DNA of 64,000 bases from a virus. Its lineage: Duplodnaviria; Caudoviricetes. The DNA is taken from positions 24,404 to 88,403 of the IMG/VR virus record IMGVR_UViG_2974592265_000001; one strand, written 5' to 3'. This document shows positions 60,132-64,000 of the stretch, in pieces (positions within the stretch are counted from its first letter, which is position 1; every line of letters starts with the position of its first letter). Both the position numbers and the translations under genes were made by a program. The notes under the pieces were generated by a model that worked only from the letters and a program-made list of their open reading frames with translations, was not told the DNA's origin and did no database searches.

Positions 60132-60807
60132 GATTCTAATTCCTTATTGCTAGTGAGTTATGGCAAACCGCCGAAACAGCGGTTTGATCTAAGTCACTAT
60201 GGTTAGTGGTTAGTTACTTCTAAGTACTGAATTCGTTTAGCTAGTAGGGTATGGCGTGTAACAAGTGCCATACCCTGTATCTAGTTAGTTGCTTGTGTTA
60301 CGCACTGGCTTTTGTTTGTTGGTCGGTAAGTCGTCGTATGTAATATCGAATAGATAAGCGGACTAATCCCGTGCCGGTAGCCTAGTGTATTTCGATTAGT
60401 AATGTTAAAGAGTGGGGACAATCTAGTCATAGTCCGGGGCTTTACCGACATCTAACTAACCCGTTGGGTAGTGAGTCTGGCTTGATACCGTTGATAAAGG
60501 CTAATCCCCTATAAATCCCTCTGGATGCTGCATAGGCGCCGTGTGGTTATCGACTACGCTTATAGGTGGAAAGGAAGTTTTAACCCTCGATCGAATGGAA
60601 CAACCTACCGCTGCGCAGGTTATCGAAGGCATGACTTCCCCGTGCCTGGCTTTCGCTAAAATCAGGCAGTGTTGTCGCGGGTATCCGCAAATGGAACTAT
60701 GGCTAATTGTTAAAGAGCGAGCCACGCGCAGGCAGACGGCCGGGGCGGGGCGGTAGCCAAGAAGGCCTACCAGTGGAGCGGTGTTCGTTGTTGCTTGGTA
60801 CACCCAT

Positions 60808-60836
60808 AGAATGGACCATATAAGGATATACGTCAA
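60808..60836 (-). promoter_or_regulatory. Candidate leftward sigma70 promoter
   Basis: TTGACG-17 nt-CATTCT on the - strand, in an AT-rich context. Confidence 0.45.
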
Positions 60837-61037
60837 ACGAAAAACATAGAAAAAGTGAAAATAAATTGAGCAGCCCCGCCCCCTATTTTCTAGCACGGAG
60901 TTGACGTGCCACAGCGCCTAGGTCAGCGCTGGAAATTTTTTACTTTTTCATTTCCCGCCCCTACACTCTCCCCCACACCGGCACGCAAGCCCGCAAGATC
61001 CCCTGCCGCCACACCCACACCGACAGGATCTCCCACC

Positions 61038-61436
61038 ATGACCCCTTCGATCAGCGTGCCGCCGTCCGCCCAAGCTAAAACCCAAGACCTCCCACAGATC
61101 GACCCGGCCACCGTCAACCCGACCCCGCCCGCCGACATGGTCAAGCCCTCCCACCTCGGCATCAGCATGCAGGAGTTCCAGGCCCGTAACTGTCAGCGCA
61201 CCACCCGCCTGAAGATGACCCTGCACTACCTCGACGTGCTGCCAGGCGATGCCGACAACCCGCTGACCCGCTGCACCTTCGGCGCCGTCTACTCCAAGGA
61301 CAAGACCGAAGAGGACTACGTGTTCGGCAAGTACACGCCCTACGGCAACCTCAGCTACAACGTGCGCAGTGACCTGGCTGAACACCTGGTGGTCGGCCAG
61401 GCTTACTACATTGACATCCACGCTGTACCGACTTAA
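61038..61436 (+). CDS. Hypothetical protein of a widespread phage family
   Basis: C-terminal FGKYTPYGNL...GQAYYIDI pattern. Start ATG 61038 after an ACAGGA RBS. Confidence 0.7.
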   Translation: MTPSISVPPSAQAKTQDLPQIDPATVNPTPPADMVKPSHLGISMQEFQARNCQRTTRLKMTLHYLDVLPGDADNPLTRCTFGAVYSKDKTEEDYVFGKYTPYGNLSYNVRSDLAEHLVVGQAYYIDIHAVPT

Positions 61437-61636
61437 CCTCCCGTCCAGCGTCTCCTATGCGCTGTGTGAGTTGATTGCTGCATGCCCCGACCTGCGACGA
61501 CCCTCCCCAAGTTAGTCGCTGCTGCAAACGAAGACCTCAAGGCCTAGTCCTCCTTGAGGTCTTCGTCTTTGTGCCCTTGCTGTTTTCCACCGTTCTCCCC
61601 TATGCTCAGCCTCGCCAAACAGCGAGGAATCTCCCC

Positions 61637-61783
61637 ATGGAAGTACAAGACACGGTGGTCGCCGCGGCCTACTGGCTGTGGAACTGGACCGCCACCCTGC
61701 AAACCCCCCACTTCATCGCCATGGCCGTGTGCTACGCCGCCGGCTCCCTGCTCGGAGGTCGCCGACATGTCGCAGCCAACTGA
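61637..61783 (+). CDS. Small membrane peptide
   Basis: GAGGA RBS; 48 aa hydrophobic product. Confidence 0.5.
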   Translation: MEVQDTVVAAAYWLWNWTATLQTPHFIAMAVCYAAGSLLGGRRHVAAN

Positions 61784-62198
61784 CTCTGCCGCAATAGCCA
61801 AGGAACGCCTGCAACACCACGTGACCGGCGTCGACGAGAAGTTCTACATCAGCCAGGCCACGATCAGCGAAGGCACCATCACCGACGAAATAACCGACGA
61901 GGAGAAACTGATCCGGGCCGGAGTTCTACGCGCTGCCCTCATCGAGCCGGAGTCCTTTCGCCTGCCGGACCACCGGATCGCCCAGACCGGCGCCGAGGAC
62001 CTGGCCCGCTTCCTCGCGGTGACGATCCGCAAGGTTGAGGAGCTGGAGTCGACGTACCAGGAGCTGTTGATGCAGGCGCACCAGTACCGCGACATCGACA
62101 CCCGCCACCTGCAGATCGCGCGCAACCACCTGGACATCGGCCAGACCTTCCTCCTCAAGGCGCTGCGCAACGTGGAAATCCTTGATGACGGCAAGTGA
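61767..62198 (+). CDS. Helical hypothetical protein; C-terminus weakly resembles the Acb2-type fold
   Basis: GGAGG RBS; C-terminal RHLQIARNHLDIGQTFLLKAL. Confidence 0.6.
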   Translation: MSQPTDSAAIAKERLQHHVTGVDEKFYISQATISEGTITDEITDEEKLIRAGVLRAALIEPESFRLPDHRIAQTGAEDLARFLAVTIRKVEELESTYQELLMQAHQYRDIDTRHLQIARNHLDIGQTFLLKALRNVEILDDGK

Positions 62199-62223
62199 TG
62201 TGTAACTTTCTTGAGAAATTAGA

Positions 62224-62252
62224 TTGACAGTGCTGACGTTCCTCGCTAACTT
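62224..62252 (+). promoter_or_regulatory. Sigma70 promoter for the tRNA/ncRNA transcript
   Basis: TTGACA-17 nt-TAACTT. Confidence 0.8.
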
Positions 62253-62323
62253 GCGGTCTCCGGGCACATGAACACCTGATTTGCGAACACCGGGCCAAGG
62301 ATGGCCCACCCCGGAAGAATCTT

Positions 62324-62397
62324 AGAGGGTTCGCCAAGTGGTAAGGCCCGGGGTTTTGATCCCTGTACCGGTGGTTCGAATCCATCACCCTCTACCA
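62324..62397 (+). tRNA. tRNA-Gln (anticodon UUG)
   Basis: Acceptor stem AGAGGGT/ACCCTCT, D-arm GCC-AAGTGGTAA-GGC, anticodon arm CGGGG-TTTTGAT-CCCTG, T-loop TTCGAAT, encoded CCA. Confidence 0.96.
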
Positions 62398-62401
62398 TCG
62401 T

Positions 62402-62544
62402 TGTACGGAACCCTGAGCCATGCGCCCTCTGCAGAGACGCGGTGAACCGGGGATGGAAGCCCGATAGGAAGTAGGCCTCGTAAGCCGAAATGTCGAATAG
62501 GCGCCAGGATGGCGGAAAAGCCCGGGGTCCAATGGAACCGTACA
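62402..62544 (+). ncRNA. Candidate structured GGA-rich small RNA downstream of the tRNA
   Basis: Closed by a perfect 7-bp stem TGTACGG/CCGTACA; several short hairpins; 7 GGA triplets; followed by a terminator; no convincing ORF. Confidence 0.6.
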
Positions 62545-62550
62545 CACTGC

Positions 62551-62580
62551 AAGCCCCGCCTCCGAGCGGGGCTTTCTTTT
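62551..62580 (+). terminator. Intrinsic terminator
   Basis: AAGCCCCGC-CTCCGA-GCGGGGCTT-TCTTTT. Confidence 0.88.
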
Positions 62581-62724
62581 GCCTCAAAACCCCGCTAATC
62601 TGCGAGTTAAGTCGGCCCGTGCTCCCGCGTCACCTCATCCGCGATCGACCCACGGACAACAGCCACACGCTGTAATCGGGCAAGAAGCCCTAGCCGACGC
62701 CCCTTTAACGAACGGATTCCCACC

Positions 62725-63015
62725 ATGTCTGACTCCACTGCCAACATCCAGGACCTCATCGCCTTGGTCGCCCAGAACACGGGCAGCACCAAGGCTGACG
62801 CCAAGGTCTTCATCGAAGCCACGCTGCAGGGCATCAACGAGCTGGTCAACGACCGCAACAAGCTGACCCTGCGTGAGTTCGGCCGCTTCGAGATGCGCTA
62901 CCGCAAACCGCGGATCAACAGCCGGCCGATCCAAGGCGAGCCGACCACCATCCCGGCCCGTGAGCTGCTGCACTTCACGCCGAGCAAGCTGCTGGCCAAA
63001 GAGGTGGACTACTGA
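62725..63015 (+). CDS. HU/IHF-family histone-like DNA-binding protein
   Basis: DLIALVAQNTGSTKADAK...KLTLREFGRFEMRYRKPR...GE..TIPAR..LHFTPSKLL. Confidence 0.9.
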   Translation: MSDSTANIQDLIALVAQNTGSTKADAKVFIEATLQGINELVNDRNKLTLREFGRFEMRYRKPRINSRPIQGEPTTIPARELLHFTPSKLLAKEVDY

Positions 63016-63623
63016 TGGCTACGCGGATCAAGGGCATCACGGAAGGTCTCGACGACCCGGGCTGGGACATGGTCAAGCTGGAACCCTCGACGGCGGAGCA
63101 CCCGGCCAAGTACAAGCCGATGGCCAACCCGCCGCCAGTGACCAACCTGGCCTCGCTGAAGTACGCCGATCGCCAGCTGTTCGACGCCATCGAGCTGCTG
63201 ATGACCAACCTCAAGCTCGACATGCTGCCGGACGGCATCCAGGCCGACATCGTCGCGGTGATGTCGGCCACGACCAAGCGCCAGTTGGTGCAGCAGATGG
63301 CGGGTCTGGATGCCTCGGTGCTGGTGACGTTCAAGCAGCAGCTTGCCTTGATCGAGGCGGTGACCAGCCGCGTGGTAAGCCCTGAAGGGCTACCGCTGCA
63401 AGGCCATGGGTTGGACATCAGCGTCAAGGATGCTATGAATATGTCGATGAAAGTGATCGGCATGCTGGTCAAGGACATGCCCAAGGTGATCACCTTGGCA
63501 CGGGTTCAGCGGTTGGAGAACAGCCTGCTGAAGGTGGTGGAGACGCTGCCGAAAAAGGCTCAGGACGACGTGCTGCGTCTGCTTGAGGAAGAGGAAATGA
63601 AAGCCGCGAGGGAAGCGAAATGA
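63015..63623 (+). CDS. Hypothetical helical protein, possibly small terminase
   Basis: Position at the start of a rightward gene block and helical composition; no diagnostic motif. Confidence 0.4.
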   Translation: MATRIKGITEGLDDPGWDMVKLEPSTAEHPAKYKPMANPPPVTNLASLKYADRQLFDAIELLMTNLKLDMLPDGIQADIVAVMSATTKRQLVQQMAGLDASVLVTFKQQLALIEAVTSRVVSPEGLPLQGHGLDISVKDAMNMSMKVIGMLVKDMPKVITLARVQRLENSLLKVVETLPKKAQDDVLRLLEEEEMKAAREAK

Positions 63624-63994
63624 ACTGGAATCCATTCAGGATCTTCAAGGACGTGCGTAAACTCAAAGAGCAGATGGACGAGGTCAAAGCCATCGTCGCT
63701 CAACAGGCCCAGCTGATCGGCATTCAGGCCACCAACCTCGGCCAGGCCCTGGCCAAGCTGCGAGAGATGGGCTTCCCGGTGCCGCTGAGGCAGCCAGGCG
63801 TCGACCTACCGCTGTCCGATGAAGAGAAACTTATTGTCGAAGAGTTCTTGAAAAACAGTAAGTTACCTGAACAAATCCGACGTGGTTTTGCTTCCGGCGG
63901 CACCTTCGAGACGGTGATCGACGGCATGCCGGTCAAGTTCGGTGAGATCAAGGTCGAGCCCTATCCCATGCAAGGCGGCGACACCAAGGAGTAG
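63620..63994 (+). CDS. Hypothetical protein with N-terminal coiled coil
   Basis: ATGA overlap with the upstream gene. Confidence 0.55.
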   Translation: MNWNPFRIFKDVRKLKEQMDEVKAIVAQQAQLIGIQATNLGQALAKLREMGFPVPLRQPGVDLPLSDEEKLIVEEFLKNSKLPEQIRRGFASGGTFETVIDGMPVKFGEIKVEPYPMQGGDTKE

Positions 63995-64000
63995 TACGTT

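Noticed and set aside
62398-62460. Theta (HDV-like) ribozyme directly 3' of the tRNA
   Set aside because: The sequence after CCA starts TCGTT rather than a G-initiated P1, and I could not build the nested double pseudoknot.
62442-62477. SRP-RNA-like string GTGAACCGGG...CCCGATAGGAAGTAGGCC
   Set aside because: Lacks the conserved CAGG of the symmetric loop and a GNRA tetraloop. An Rfam search would settle it.
62407-62535. Group I intron-like words (CCCTGAGCCA, TGCAGAGAC, GTCCAAT) resembling the Q, R and S elements of tRNA-Leu introns
   Set aside because: No upstream P element (TCAGGG) to form P4, no GG to form P6, and a mismatched P7. The adjacent tRNA is uninterrupted.
1-64000. Stop-codon reassignment or a lysogeny module
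   Set aside because: Genes read intact under the standard code, the only tRNA is Gln(UUG), and no integrase or CI-like repressor is seen in this window. The rest of the genome is unseen.

Overview
A 64-kb segment of a GC-rich tailed dsDNA bacteriophage genome. The host is inferred to be Pseudomonas, from a perfect Pseudomonas-type parS site, the lysis-cassette type and the composition. Left to right: (i) the 3' end of the + strand late region, with a modular tail-fibre/host-specificity protein and a lysis cassette (two holin-like genes, GH19 endolysin, Rz with embedded Rz1); (ii) a - strand replication/recombination/nucleotide-metabolism block, about 5-29 kb (SbcC, SbcD, ATP-dependent ligase, RecU-like nuclease, dNMP kinase, two DEDDh exonucleases, three-domain family A DNA polymerase, ThyX, TerB, two MazG-like proteins, SF2 helicase, TraR/DksA-like factor, AEP primase-helicase, Dda-like helicase); (iii) a - strand accessory/early region, about 29-60 kb, of mostly small hypothetical ORFs, including a C5 DNA methyltransferase with a LAGLIDADG intein at its catalytic Cys and a TAXI-family solute-binding protein; (iv) two unusual non-coding regions (56.8-57.4 kb and 60.1-61.0 kb); (v) a divergent + strand block with tRNA-Gln(UUG), a flanking GGA-rich structured RNA, an HU-like protein and a possible small terminase. 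No integrase, phage repressor or CRISPR array is visible in the window. The strongest candidates for undescribed biology are a host-type parS site with no ParAB in the window, a stand-alone Pol I 'fingers' mini-protein coupled to an Nmad5-like gene, and a tRNA-flanking candidate RsmA/CsrA-sponge RNA. All family assignments come from motif recognition by eye; no database searches were run.
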